The notes below the pieces were generated by a model. It searched no databases. It was given only the letters and a program-made list of their open reading frames with translations, and was not told the DNA's origin. Shown here one piece after another: positions 52,928 through 64,000 of a stretch of DNA of 64,000 nt. Source of the stretch: Paraspadella gotoi. Lineage: Eukaryota; Animalia; Chaetognatha. The position numbers and the translations under genes are program-made. Location of the stretch: contig CM119263.1 of NCBI GenBank assembly GCA_051294375.1, positions 8,133,992 through 8,197,991 of the forward strand, read 5' to 3'. Numbering within the stretch: the first letter of the stretch is position 1; every line of letters begins with the position of its first letter.

Positions 52928-54027
52928 AACCCTTCACTCTACTTAATCCTTAGTCCTTACCCTCTTTTTTCCTTCTTCCAACAAGGAACTCACCTTCTTT
53001 ATCACTCACGCACGAACCGAGAAGCGCGCGCGCGGCGGAGCAGCCGCTGCCGCTTCCGCAGCCGACGCCGCCCCCGCCGCCGACGCGCGCGAAATGCGCG
53101 TGGGAGCCACAAAACTCGCCAGAGGCGACGAAAGGAAATTAGAGGAATTGAAGAAAAAAAAAATGGGGATAAGATCGGCGGAGGAGACTGGGTGCTTGGT
53201 TAAGGAGATTGGGCGGGTTTTGCTCTGCTTGGTCGAGAGATTTTTATGGGGTTGGCGGTTTTGTTGGGACTTTGTATCGACTTATTACTTTGGTGTATCT
53301 AAATTCGCGATGAGTGATCTTTCATTTTTTAAGAAGATGGTTTGAAATGTCAAGTCTTTTTTTTAGATTTGCAAAATCCTTAACTTTTCGGTAGAAAAAT
53401 TATGTGGAAATAAGCTTGGTTAGGAGGTTTAATAAATAAAATTGTCGTCAGCAAAGATGCTTGGTCGCCGTGCTTGATTGAGAACTCGGTGGAGAGATTT
53501 CGGCGCAAGATTCAGGTTGTAGCCCGAAGGGAAATGTCAGGCAAGAATAGAAAAGAATGGCTGGCTGTAGAGAAAATAAGGAAAGAAAAAGGAGAAAAAG
53601 GGAAGGGAAAGAAAAATTAAAGTAAAGGACGGACAGGAAAAGCAAAAAAGGGAAANNNNNNNNNNNNNNNNNNNNNNNNNNNNNNNNNNNNNNNNNNNNN
53701 NNNNNNNNNNNNNNNNNNNNNNNNNNNNNNNNNNNNNNNNNNNNNNNNNNNNNNNNNNNNNNNNNNNNNNNNNNNNNNNNNNNNNNNNNNNNNNNNNNNN
53801 NNNNNNNNNNNNNNNNNNNNNNNNNNNNNNNNNNNNNNNNNNNNNNAAGCTAAAATGAGATTATGAATAATATAATTTTTGAAAAAATTTGACATAATTA
53901 CGCGGTTTTTAAAAAAGCCAGAGCGACGATGAAAATTTTATTTATTTGGCAGAAATAATTTTTGGCGACCAGAGAAGCAGAATTACTTTCGCTTTTGCTT
54001 TCTATTTTTGAAGTGGGTAAAAGGGGA

Positions 54028-54250
54028 GAGAAGAGAAAAGAAGAGAAGAGAAGAGAAGAGAAGAGAAGAAAAGAGAAGAGAAGAGAAGAGAAGAGAATAG
54101 AAGAAAAGAGATGAAAAGAGAATAGAAAAGAGAGAAGAGAAGAGATGAAAAGAGAAGAGAAAAAAGAGAAGAGAAGAGAAGAGAAGAGAAGAGAAGAGAA
54201 GAGAAGAGAAGAGAAGAGAAGAGAAGAGAAGAGAAGAGAAGAGAAGAAAG
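54028..54250. repeat. (AGAAG)n pentanucleotide microsatellite
   Basis: Read directly. Confidence 0.95.
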
Positions 54251-54424
54251 AAGAGAGATAGAAAAGGTAGCAGACAGAACGCGACACACAATCAACGTAA
54301 TTTATTTGAGGGAAATATTTAGAGTCAAAAAATAAATAAATAAAACAAAAATTAGAAGAAAAAAAACAAACAAAAACAAATTGAATCTGGATGTGATAAC
54401 CGTGAAACTGAAAAGCTGATCCAT

Positions 54425-54551
54425 TGATCACGTGATCAGATGAAAACAAACTGTCATCCCGTCACCGAAGTGAAAATCGGGGGAACAACCGCGACATCCA
54501 ATCTGTTTACTGGCGTTAAAGGGATAAATCAGATGCCATTAAAGGGATTAC

Positions 54552-54615
<64 letters not shown>

Positions 54616-55001
54616 TCGTTTGCCAATTTGCAGAGAGGCGCCAATGGGTTGGGTCGGTAACGACGATGGTCGTCGATTGAGGTCGACAACAACGATGGCG
54701 CCAACGCCGTTTTCCTATTGGCACAATAACCGTTTTCGACGCGAACCAATCGTTTTACTGTGGGCACCAATAGTATCGGCCGATCGGCGCCTGCGAGAGG
54801 CAATTGCTGATTGGACGCGGGAGAGTAAAGGAGAATTGTTCCATTCTTGTTTACTTTTTTTTTTCTTGAGAAATTTCAATTTCCATATAAATTAGCTCTT
54901 CTGATTTACGACTGTTCAATTCGATATTCATGTCTTATCGTCTTTCGAATTCCGCTCCCGATTCTTTCGTCCTTACCTTTTTTTCGGCCAAAAAGGTAAG
55001 T
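54425..55001. promoter_or_regulatory. Candidate promoter: E-box palindrome plus seven CCAAT boxes in CpG-rich DNA
   Basis: TGATCACGTGATCA at 54425-54438. CCAAT/ATTGG at 54498, 54623, 54641, 54717, 54746, 54767 and 54810. AG|GTAAGT donor-like site at 54996. Confidence 0.35.
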
Positions 55002-55654
55002 TTTTTATTCCTTTTATGGGTTATTATTATGGAGAAGCGAAAGTTATGATGGGTTCGCGATGAGGCCGTTAGAGCGGGCAATGAGGCGGGCAATGAGGCG
55101 GCGCGATTCGATGAAAACGCGATCGGCGACTCCTTTCGGGCAATTGGGCGGACAGAACAAAGGGGGGTGGCGGTAACTCGAGGAAATAGGGGGGGGGAAG
55201 GAGACAATAAAGGGAGAGCTGGGAAAGTGGGGCACATTGGGGCTCGGGTTGAGTGAAAGTCCGCAAGAAAGGTGAATGACTTTGACCAGAGGAGAGTTAA
55301 AAGAGGCTGGGTTGAAATGAGGGTGTGGATTGATTTTGTGCGGGGGTAAGGGATGTTGGAATGTTGTCTCATCCGGGGGATAAGGGGCGGAAAACGTGAA
55401 AAATAAAGGAGAGAAAGTAAGTTAGAAAAGGATCTAGACGAAAATTGTCAAAGAAAATGTAAAGAGTAACAGTTTTTGTCGACTGCGATGGTGAAAAACG
55501 AAGATGGCGTCGTGGAAGAAGGTTCGTGGGAATCAACAAAGCCGTGGGAGCGTTTAAAACTGCGAATATACGCTGTATTGGAAGCGGAAGGGAAAGGCTA
55601 TACACATTTTCGACAAAACAAAAGTTCTTAGACGTCCGAATAGAGAGAACTTAC

Positions 55655-55772
55655 CAATTATTTTGTTTCCTAAACGTTCGACCAACTCTCGCCCAGAAGC
55701 CGAAGACGGCGGCGGACGCGGCAGCGGCGGTCGCGGCAGCGGCGGACGCGGCCACGCGGCCTTCGACGTCCG
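55655..55772 (-). CDS. Possible internal exon of an unknown gene (phase-0 reading RTSKAAWPRPPLPRPPLPRPPPSSASGRELVERLGNKII)
   Basis: GC-rich 118 bp bounded on the minus strand by TCTATTTTTAACCTCAAG| and |GTAAGT. No homology recognised. Confidence 0.25.
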
Positions 55773-57020
55773 CTTGAGGTTAAAAATAGAAGGTAACGAC
55801 TACACGAAGGGAATGGCGGTGCGGGAGGTTGGGGAGCGGAAGAAGTGGGACTGAATGACCCGGTCTGGCCATGTTGGTCCTGGGGCGGAGAGCGGGTCAA
55901 AAGAATTGGGAGTAAACGGCCGTGATTAGGATAATGCAATCATTGGACTCGCAGGGCTTCGTTAAAATCAATGAGACTCAGGAGTTATTCAATTTCTGGG
56001 AAGAGAGAAGGATTATCTTTTTTGGGGATTATGATTATGCCGGTAAAAAAAAAAACTACTTGCCAGTTCAGGAAATAGAATCGGATTTTACTGAGGCGAA
56101 AAAAAGGGGGAGAGAGCGAAGAGAATGTAAAAAAGCGGAGGAGAGTAAATGATAGATGGGGTGGTTGGAGTAGTTGGGGTAGTTGGGATAGTTGGGGTGG
56201 TTGGGGAGTTGGAATGGTGGGAGTATTATGAAGTTGGTAAAACCAATATAAAAAGTATCCATTCATTTAATAAATAAGCTATCTTTCCCCTGTCCTTGAT
56301 AGTTTAAGGCCTCCATTACTCTTAAAAGATAATAGCAGGTCCCTGCAAGCTTTCAACCAAGACTCTCTCGCAGTCTCGTTTATTCACTCCCAGAGTACAT
56401 GGCTTCCCTATCAATGAAGTGATATAATATTTCAAGGAATACTAAATTGTACTCCGCACTAGAATCAAAACACAAGGAGCAGAATTTTATAAAATGTATA
56501 TTTGTTTTTGTGAGATGTGAGATATAAAGGGTGGAATAGAGCGTTGTAGCTGGTCGAGCGGTGAAAGAGGGTTGGGCGAGAAGCGTGGCTGACTATATCT
56601 AAGACTCGAAGATTTAGTTTCTGACGCCGACGGACTTTCATGGCTCTTTGAATGTTTGGTCCGTACCGAACGCCCGTCTGTTTATGTCTCACAGTCTGTC
56701 CGTGCGAGGGTGTACGACTGTACGTGCGTAGTTTTGTGCGCGATTACTTTTTGTCTTTGTCCTCTTCTCTTCGAGTGTAGACTGTGTTTATTTATTAATT
56801 CGTTTTTTTTCATTCCCGTAGAAAAAGAAATTTTTTTACAATTATAATTATAATGTTGGCTTAAATTATACTAAATATTTGTTTACTATGCCGGCTATGT
56901 TGTACTATGCTGGCTATACTGCTTCATTTTTAGTGTCTTAGTGTTTTTTTTTCAGTAATTTTTTTTTCTCCCTATCGGTTTGTTTGTCTGTCAACAGTAT
57001 TTAGGAGCTTAAGCATTGTG

Positions 57021-57122
<102 letters not shown>

Positions 57123-57249
57123 GAGTTTTTAACTCCACTCGCCTCTGGTGGAAGAAGAGCCAAGTTTTCTCTTTGGCGAATGAGGCCGAGGGGCCGGATG
57201 AGCTCGAGGCTGAGATATGGGCAACGGACATGACGCAAGAAAACCGGAG

Positions 57250-57284
<35 letters not shown>

Positions 57285-57445
57285 TAAAGACTGGCAGAGG
57301 GACGGCTTCGACTAACATCATAAATGTCGTCGTTGCGACGATCACGACGACGATGACCGTAATGTAAATGCGACGACGAAAATGACTATAACCATGACGC
57401 AGATGACGAAGATGGCGCCGACTTTCAAAGATAACGACGACACTT

Positions 57446-57479
<34 letters not shown>

Positions 57480-57919
57480 TGATGACGAGTTCGGGCCATC
57501 GATTCAAGAAAAAAAAATTAATATCATGGGAGGGGAGAGGAGAAAATTAACTACAGCCGAAATAAAAAAAAATATATTCGAGAAAAGATCTTTTTTTTTA
57601 TGCGACACGCGATGTCCGATGCCATCTATCGAGAGACGATGGACTCTTTCTTTTCTTTCTTTTTTTTCTTTCCTTTTTTTTTTCCAGCTTCCATTTAAAG
57701 AGAGTTTTTGTCTTTTTTTGTGGCTGCCATCTATCGAGAGTCGTAATCGTTAAAATGTCTCTTTTCTTCTATCCGTGGATTTTGTTCCGATTTTGGCATC
57801 AAATTAGAAAAGGTTTGTTCTAATGTTTTTCATTTGTCTTTTTCTTTCTTGATTATTTTTTTATTTAGATCATTTTCTCAGTTTCTTATCTTTTGTTTAT
57901 CTCTGATTTTTGTTGATTT

Positions 57920-57940
57920 GATTGTTTTCCTTTCTTTTTT

Positions 57941-57976
<36 letters not shown>

Positions 57977-58480
57977 TTCTTATTTCTTTCTTTCTTTCTT
58001 TCTCTTTCTTTCTTTTCTTTCTTTCTTTCTTCTGTTCTTTTTTTCCTATTCTTTCTTCTTTCTTTCTTTCTTTCTTTCTTTCTCTTTCTTTCTTCTCTTT
58101 TTTCTTTCTTTCTTTTTTTTTTCTTTCATTTTTCCATTTCCTTTCCTTTCCTTTCCTCTCTCCTATCAATTTTTTTCTTTCCTTTCCTTCCTTTCCTTTC
58201 CTTTCCTTTCTCTTCTTTTCCTTTCTCTTTCCTTTCCTTTCCTTTCCTTTCCTTTCATTTCTTTTCCTTTCCCATTCTTTCCTTTCCTTTTCATTCCTTT
58301 TCTTTATTTTCTTTTCCTCCCCATTTTTCCCTTTCCTTTCCTTCCTTTATCCCTTTTTTCCATTTTCATTTTACTCCCTTACCTTTCAATTAAATTTTTT
58401 CCCCTTCATCTTTCTTCCCCCTTTTTTTCCCTCTTTTTTTCTTTCGCCGACTTCCTTCTCCCCTTTCTTTCCTTCCTTTC
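57920..58480. repeat. Long polypyrimidine low-complexity tract, (TTTC)n/(TTTCC)n
   Basis: Read directly; it produces the spurious F/L/S-rich ORFs. Confidence 0.93.
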
Positions 58481-59550
58481 CATTTATCATGGTCGGCATT
58501 TTTCCAAATTTGCTTCCTCCATTTCGTTCGCCTTTTTTTTTTTTTTTGGGCTTCCAAATTCTATCGGTGAACTTAAAATGGAGACCTCGATTTATTTGAC
58601 TGGAATTCTTCGATATTAACGCTCGACGTAGGGTGTGGCAGATAAAAAGGGGGTCAGTAGACTAATAAAAAATGCTGCTTCAGGAGCGTTTGGGCGAGAA
58701 GAGCGTCAGAGAGAAAAGGGTCATCGGAGCAACGGAAATCGTTGGTCGCGGGAGCAATTCTCTCTCTCTCTCGTCTGCAAAAGGGAAAAAAAAAAGAAAA
58801 AGTAGGAGCTGAGAAAAATGAAGGGAATCGACGGGAGACGAAGTCTTTTAACTTGAGACTTCCGGTTTTACGACGACGACGACGACGACGACGAAATAAC
58901 AAAAAAGAAAGAGAAACGAAAGGAAACTGAAAACGGATTCTGAAAAGGGGAGCGATCGAGAGAGCGAGCGAGCGCGGCGGGAGAGCTTTACAACCCCCGA
59001 TCGATGCAGTCATTTCCATCTGCAATTCTGACAACGATATCAGCAACGCTGCTCGTGCGTTAGATGCAAGTGAATAAAAATAGAAAATAGTGAAACAAGT
59101 AATTTGCAAATTTTCCTAGATATTAATTCCAAAGTTTGTTCAGATACATTTCAAAATACCAGACCCCTTCATCGATTGTCGCAATTACTAAATTATGCTC
59201 ACGTATTAACAAGTCTCTTAAACGTTCTTGAGTCAAGCTCTTTGTCAGAATCTTCATCTTCTCATGGTTAAGTGCATTCATTATTTTATATTATATTATA
59301 TTCTTCCTCGTTGTATAATAAAAGTAGGCAAACGATACGTATTACGTGTACCGAATCAATTACTTTTCATCCGTCAGCTGTCAACTGGTTTATTTATCAT
59401 TCGCTGTTCGGCTCAGAGATAGATTTCCAGCAACGAGGGCCAGACCAAAAAAAATTAATATCAAGGAAAGAAAAAGAAAAAAAATTTCAAAAAAAAAAAA
59501 AGAAAAAGTTTGTTTTTGCCATCAACCGTTTTACGCGAAAAAACGCGGTT

Positions 59551-59635
<85 letters not shown>

Positions 59636-59692
59636 AGAAAAAAGCAGAGAGAGAGAGAGAGAATGTCGTCAAACTCCAGCTCCCTTAATGGC

Positions 59693-59708
59693 TGGCGCCA
59701 CCTAGCGA
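59693..59708 (-). promoter_or_regulatory. CTCF-like motif
   Basis: The minus strand reads TCGCTAGGTGGCGCCA, close to the bilaterian CTCF core CCACTAGGTGGCGC. Motif match only. Confidence 0.25.
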
Positions 59709-60265
59709 CAACATTTCTCCCCTCAGATAAATTGTTTCCGCAAACAAAAGAACAACGAGGGGGATTTTCCGCGTTCACCGAAAGAGGTCGTCTAGAAATT
59801 TGGCGACTTTTTTGTTGTTGTTGTTCAAAGAACAGTTTTTGATGTGCGACATTGTTCTCGTTCGACGGAGTCATCGTCCTCGTAGTCAACGTATTCGTCG
59901 TCGTCGTCGTCGTCGTCGTCGTCTTCTTTAAAAATTTAACGACACGCTACGGCGGAATCAGGAAATACGATGTCTCGACGGAACGAGTGACCATTCTGAG
60001 AATCATTACACATTTTTGTCAAATTTATAACTTATTCATTTTTCGACGGACTCGACAAGACGAGACATTCCGATTCGCATTTATTCAATACGACATTCAG
60101 GGATTTTAAAGAAAATGTGAAGTCGAAAGGCAGAACTGGGCAGGACTGGACAGGACTGCGCCGAACGAGGCAGTACTGGGCAGGTTTTGTGACAGGATCG
60201 GGGGAGCGACGACATTTACGACGAAAACGACGAAAACGCCATCGGTGAAATAGTGATCGTCGTCC

Positions 60266-60366
60266 GCGGCGGCGGCGGCGGCGCGGCGGCGGCGCCGGCG
60301 CGCGGCGGCGGCGGCGGCGGCGGCGGCGGGCGGAGGCGGCGGCCGGCGCGGCGGCGCGGCGGCGGC
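60266..60366. repeat. (GGC)n trinucleotide tract, with a complementary (CCG)n tract at ~60488-60525
   Basis: Read directly. Confidence 0.9.
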
Positions 60367-60495
60367 GTTCGATCCAGACTCAGCGATTTGGCGTCGGGTG
60401 GGATTGTAGGTTAAAGGTGTTCAGCCGCAGACGTATCTCTCGCCAAGGAGGATATGGGGCGTGCAATTAAATGAACTCTACTCGCGGGCCGCCGC

Positions 60496-60526
<31 letters not shown>

Positions 60527-60832
60527 GGCTTCCACCGGTTCCACCACCGCCTCCTCCGCCTCCAACGGCGTAAAAAAGAAAAAAAGGGCCAATGAAAAAA
60601 AGAAAGAAGAACGGTAATTCCAATGTGTTGCGCCTCAGTGACTTTATTTTCATGTATATTTCCCTTTGATCACATGATATGACATGACATGACGAAAAAA
60701 AACTTTTTTTGCCCCTGTGTTTATGACAAGCACTGCATCAAAATTTTCTCTTATATTCCTATCGTTTTAGGAATTCCTGAAGCCGGCGCTAGCAGTCCCT
60801 TAAATCTTTTTTTTCATTCTTAACGTAAGTGA

Positions 60833-60920
60833 GACAGACCGACGGACCGACGGATCGACGCACCGACCGACCTGTTTTTTATAGAGTCGCTCCGCGAGTA
60901 CTCGCGGCGCAACTAAAAAA
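60833..60920 (+). mobile_element. Helentron/HINE (DINE-1-like) non-autonomous element end
   Basis: A (GACA/GACG/GACC)n tetramer run is followed by TATAGAGTCGC, the perfect palindrome CCGCGAGTACTCGCGG (60892-60907) and GCAACTAAAAAA. This matches the microsatellite + subterminal IR + hairpin + A/T-run layout of HINEs. Confidence 0.6.
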
Positions 60921-61597
60921 ATATAGGGAGAGTTTATAGCGCGCGGGTTTTTTTTTCGCTTTGAAGCTTCTGCTCTCAAAGTTGGGAGGGAAGCGAGATT
61001 GACGTCCGGGATCAAAAACGGAAAAGGGGCCGTCGCTGTCGGTTTTAGGGTTGTCTTTGATCTACTGATTTGCTTACTAGTTTACTTATTGCCTAAATAT
61101 GCTTCATTTATTTATTCATTTATTTATTGATTCCTTCATTTATTACTTTGATTGGAGGATTGATTCATTTGTTCATTCATTCATTGATTCGTTCATTCAT
61201 TCATTCCATCATTCATTCGGAGAAGGACTAAATTTCAAGCGAGGTGATTNNNNNNNNNNNNNNNNNNNNNNNNNNNNNNNNNNNNNNNNNNNNNNNNNNN
61301 NNNNNNNNNNNNNNNNNNNNNNNNNNNNNNNNNNNNNNNNNNNNNNNNNNNNNNNNNNNNNNNNNNNNNNNNNNNNNNNNNNNNNNNNNNNNNNNNNNNN
61401 NNNNNNNNNNNNNNNNNNNNNNNNNNNNNNNNNNNNNNNNNNNNNNNNNNNNNNNNNNNNNNNNNNNNNNNNNNNNNNNNNNNNNNNNNNNNNNNNNNNN
61501 NNNNNNNNNNCTAAGGTCGATTTGATCAGAAAAAAGAAAGAAAATAAAAAGAAGAAGAAGAATCTTCAAAATCGAATCTTTTTTCTAATTGTGCCGG

Positions 61598-61633
<36 letters not shown>

Positions 61634-62087
61634 AACGACGACGACGACAATGACGACGACATCGAGTCGGTCGATTTTCCAGTTGGTCGGTCGGTCCAAA
61701 CCCAAACGGTTTTGCTTTCCATTTGGATTTCAAAAAAAGAACCCAAAAAAAAAGGCGAGGAGCTAAATTGAGGATTGTGCTGCGGCTCAGGTTGGAGCTT
61801 TACCTCACCCCGCCTTTCGAATTGAGCCTACCCGCTTTTTTTACGAGAGGTGAAGTTCATGAGAACATTTTTTCTCTTCCCGTCGATGGAGATTGAATGA
61901 GTCGCCGGCGCCGCGGCCATCGTCCGGGTGACACTCTCTCTCTCTCTCTCTCTCTCNNNNNNNNNNNNNNNNNNNNNNNNNATGAGAACATTTCTCTTCC
62001 CCGTTCGTGGAGAATTGAATGATCTGTTCTCGCGACGGCTGCACGCGCCATGTTCTCCGTGCTCGGTTCGTAGTGACACTCTCTCTC

Positions 62088-62130
<43 letters not shown>

Positions 62131-62724
62131 CTCTCCTCTCTCTCCTCTCTCTCTCGTCTCTCTCTCTCTGCCCACTGGTTCTCACAGATCACCATTCTAT
62201 TCTATTTCCTATTGAAAAGTCTTTCGGCCCCCGACCCTCACGAGTGCGTCTCTCTGCTTTCCCCCTCTCTCTCTCTTCTCTCATTCTTTCCTCTCTTCTG
62301 CTCTCTCTCTTCTCTGCTCTCTCTCTCTCGTCTCTCTCTCATCTCTCTTCTCTCTCTCTCTCCCTAATCGGTACTAATTCAAACGGAAACTCCCATCTTT
62401 TTTATTTTTTTCGATCCACCCTAATCATGAAGAATAATTGTCTGGGAGACCTTTGGACTGGAACTATCCAAGGATGGGACAAATGAATTTAAAGACAGAG
62501 GAGCGAGAGAAAGGAAGAGAAGAGAGAGAGAGAAGAGAGAGAGAGAGAAGGAGAGCAGAGAGAGAGAGAAAGAGCGCTTCTTTCATCTCACCTTTTGATC
62601 TTATCAGGTTGCGATTTTAACCTGCTCACCCTTTCCACACTTTTTTTTGTTTGTTTTTTTAAGAAAAAAATGTTTTTTTTCCTTTTCTGGTTTTTTTTTT
62701 CATTCAATCTTTAATTTCAATTAC

Positions 62725-63870
62725 TATTTTGAAGATCTTCCTGCCTCAGCAGTATCACGCATCCTCGGACAAAAAAGGCCGTACATCCACTTGCGGTATG
62801 AATACATTACTGGTTCCATCATGGAACGAAAATTTTCCATACGTAATTTTTATTTCAGACCTTGAGTAACTTCGATGTTTTTGTCCTTTGGCAACCTCGC
62901 TCTTCGCATAATATGTCTTCTACTTATAAATTGTGCAAATTATAAATCGATAAGTGCCGCATTGATACCGTTTTTCCTTCGATTAGCGAGAGTAAAGGAA
63001 GGGAGGAGGATGTATAATCGAGTATTATAAAAGATAAGACATGTATATAGAAAGAATAAAAATGGATTTTCAAAGTTCCTTCTCAGGCACATCATCATGG
63101 ACATTAAATCTATATAGTTAGAATATGTAGATGAAGAGTAGACATGACGTGAAGATGGTTGGAAGCAGAGAGATAGAAGCCAGAGATGCAGTTGTAAGAC
63201 GATGGACGTTCACACGCAATAGTAGGAGAGACGTATACGTTATGCAGATGAAATGAGTAGGTATGCTGAGTACCGCCACTGATGTATGACCGCACCTTCT
63301 CGCTTTGACGCGGAATAAAAAGAAATTGCGATGAGCATCCCTGGTCTGTGATGATATTTACTTTTCATACAATCCATACAGTGCAAGTGCGCATCTGCCT
63401 TTCTGTGCCTGATATTTTTCCGCGGATACAAAAAATTTGTATGAGCTGCAAAAACCTCCAATTCATCGCTGGAAAAGTCAACGCCATATTTCGTATCTCG
63501 AACGCTGCTTTTCCTTCTCGCCACATACATCTTTAAAAAGCATTTTCCTATATTGACTCTCGGTTCGACATATAGGTTCTGATATATCCAACTTTTCTCT
63601 ATCTCATCAAATTCGCTACGTCTCTCTTCTATTTGCCCCGTCCGCGGGAGGGGGAGATTACAGGCGCGAAGACGATCCATCAATCGGACGACCTCGATGC
63701 CTCTCACGAGGCGACACTGCTTCTCGACGTCATCAAACACAGCGTCGTCTAGGAACGTCAACACCATCTCATATCGACTAATACGGATCAGTTAGTCTCG
63801 ACCGCCACAACGACGCTCGTCCGCGTTCCAGGTGACGATCAGCCTTCATCCTCGTCTCACCATCTCCTCC
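62725..63870 (-). CDS. Coding-like region, possibly an intronless class A (rhodopsin-like) GPCR obscured by raw-read insertions
   Basis: Microsatellite-free ~1.1 kb of high complexity. Across frames I read approximate (G)NA..VVVAV ~63830-63800, SD.M ~63690, KCFLKMY ~63545-63525, LTF.A.ERF.A..YP.KY ~63485-63410, VWIV ~63380, and M.PVMYSYR ~62820-62793 (NPxxY-like). The motifs are degraded and need frameshifts. Confidence 0.33.
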
Positions 63871-64000
63871 TCTCTCACAATAATTTTCCCGACCTAAATC
63901 ACTCCGCGATTTTGTTCTACTTTAAACTTAAAAAATGGACGGACACACCGCGGGAAATTTTTTTTTTCTAAAAAAAGTAGTATCTCCAATCAGAAAACAT

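Noticed and set aside
56158-56222. Short 9-bp G-rich tandem repeat (GGTAGTTGG-like) with G-quadruplex potential
   Set aside because: It is small and degenerate, with no supporting context.
57380-57500. Minus-strand MARTRHHRRRR... protamine-like reading
   Set aside because: The poly-Arg comes from a (CGT)n microsatellite of a type common throughout the window.

Overview
This is eukaryotic, most likely invertebrate metazoan, genomic DNA from a draft assembly. It is dense in (AG)n, (GAC)n, (CAT)n and (TTTC)n microsatellites and has ten N-gaps, seven of them exactly 25 N. Much of it carries the indel-rich error profile of uncorrected long reads, so almost every ORF in the supplied track is a low-complexity artefact. 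About 40 kb (2.9-19.4 kb and 26.2-51.7 kb) consists of overlapping direct and inverted re-copies of one ~12 kb locus, and the breakpoint geometry suggests most of this is gap-filling misassembly. The best-supported biological content is: (i) a ~3.0 kb almost fully palindromic foldback insertion with a TA target duplication, present in one copy of the locus and cleanly absent from two others; (ii) a frameshifted Ty3/gypsy RNase H-integrase region; (iii) a short GC-rich element resembling the terminal repeat of Ngaro/DIRS tyrosine-recombinase retrotransposons, one copy of which has a duplicated end plus seven tandem AGTTATT heptamers; (iv) a Helentron/HINE-like end. Weaker calls are a CCAAT-box cluster, a possible exon and a noisy class A GPCR-like region. 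I found no rRNA, tRNA or CRISPR, and no convincingly new multi-gene system. The foldback element and the heptamer-extended terminus are the best leads.
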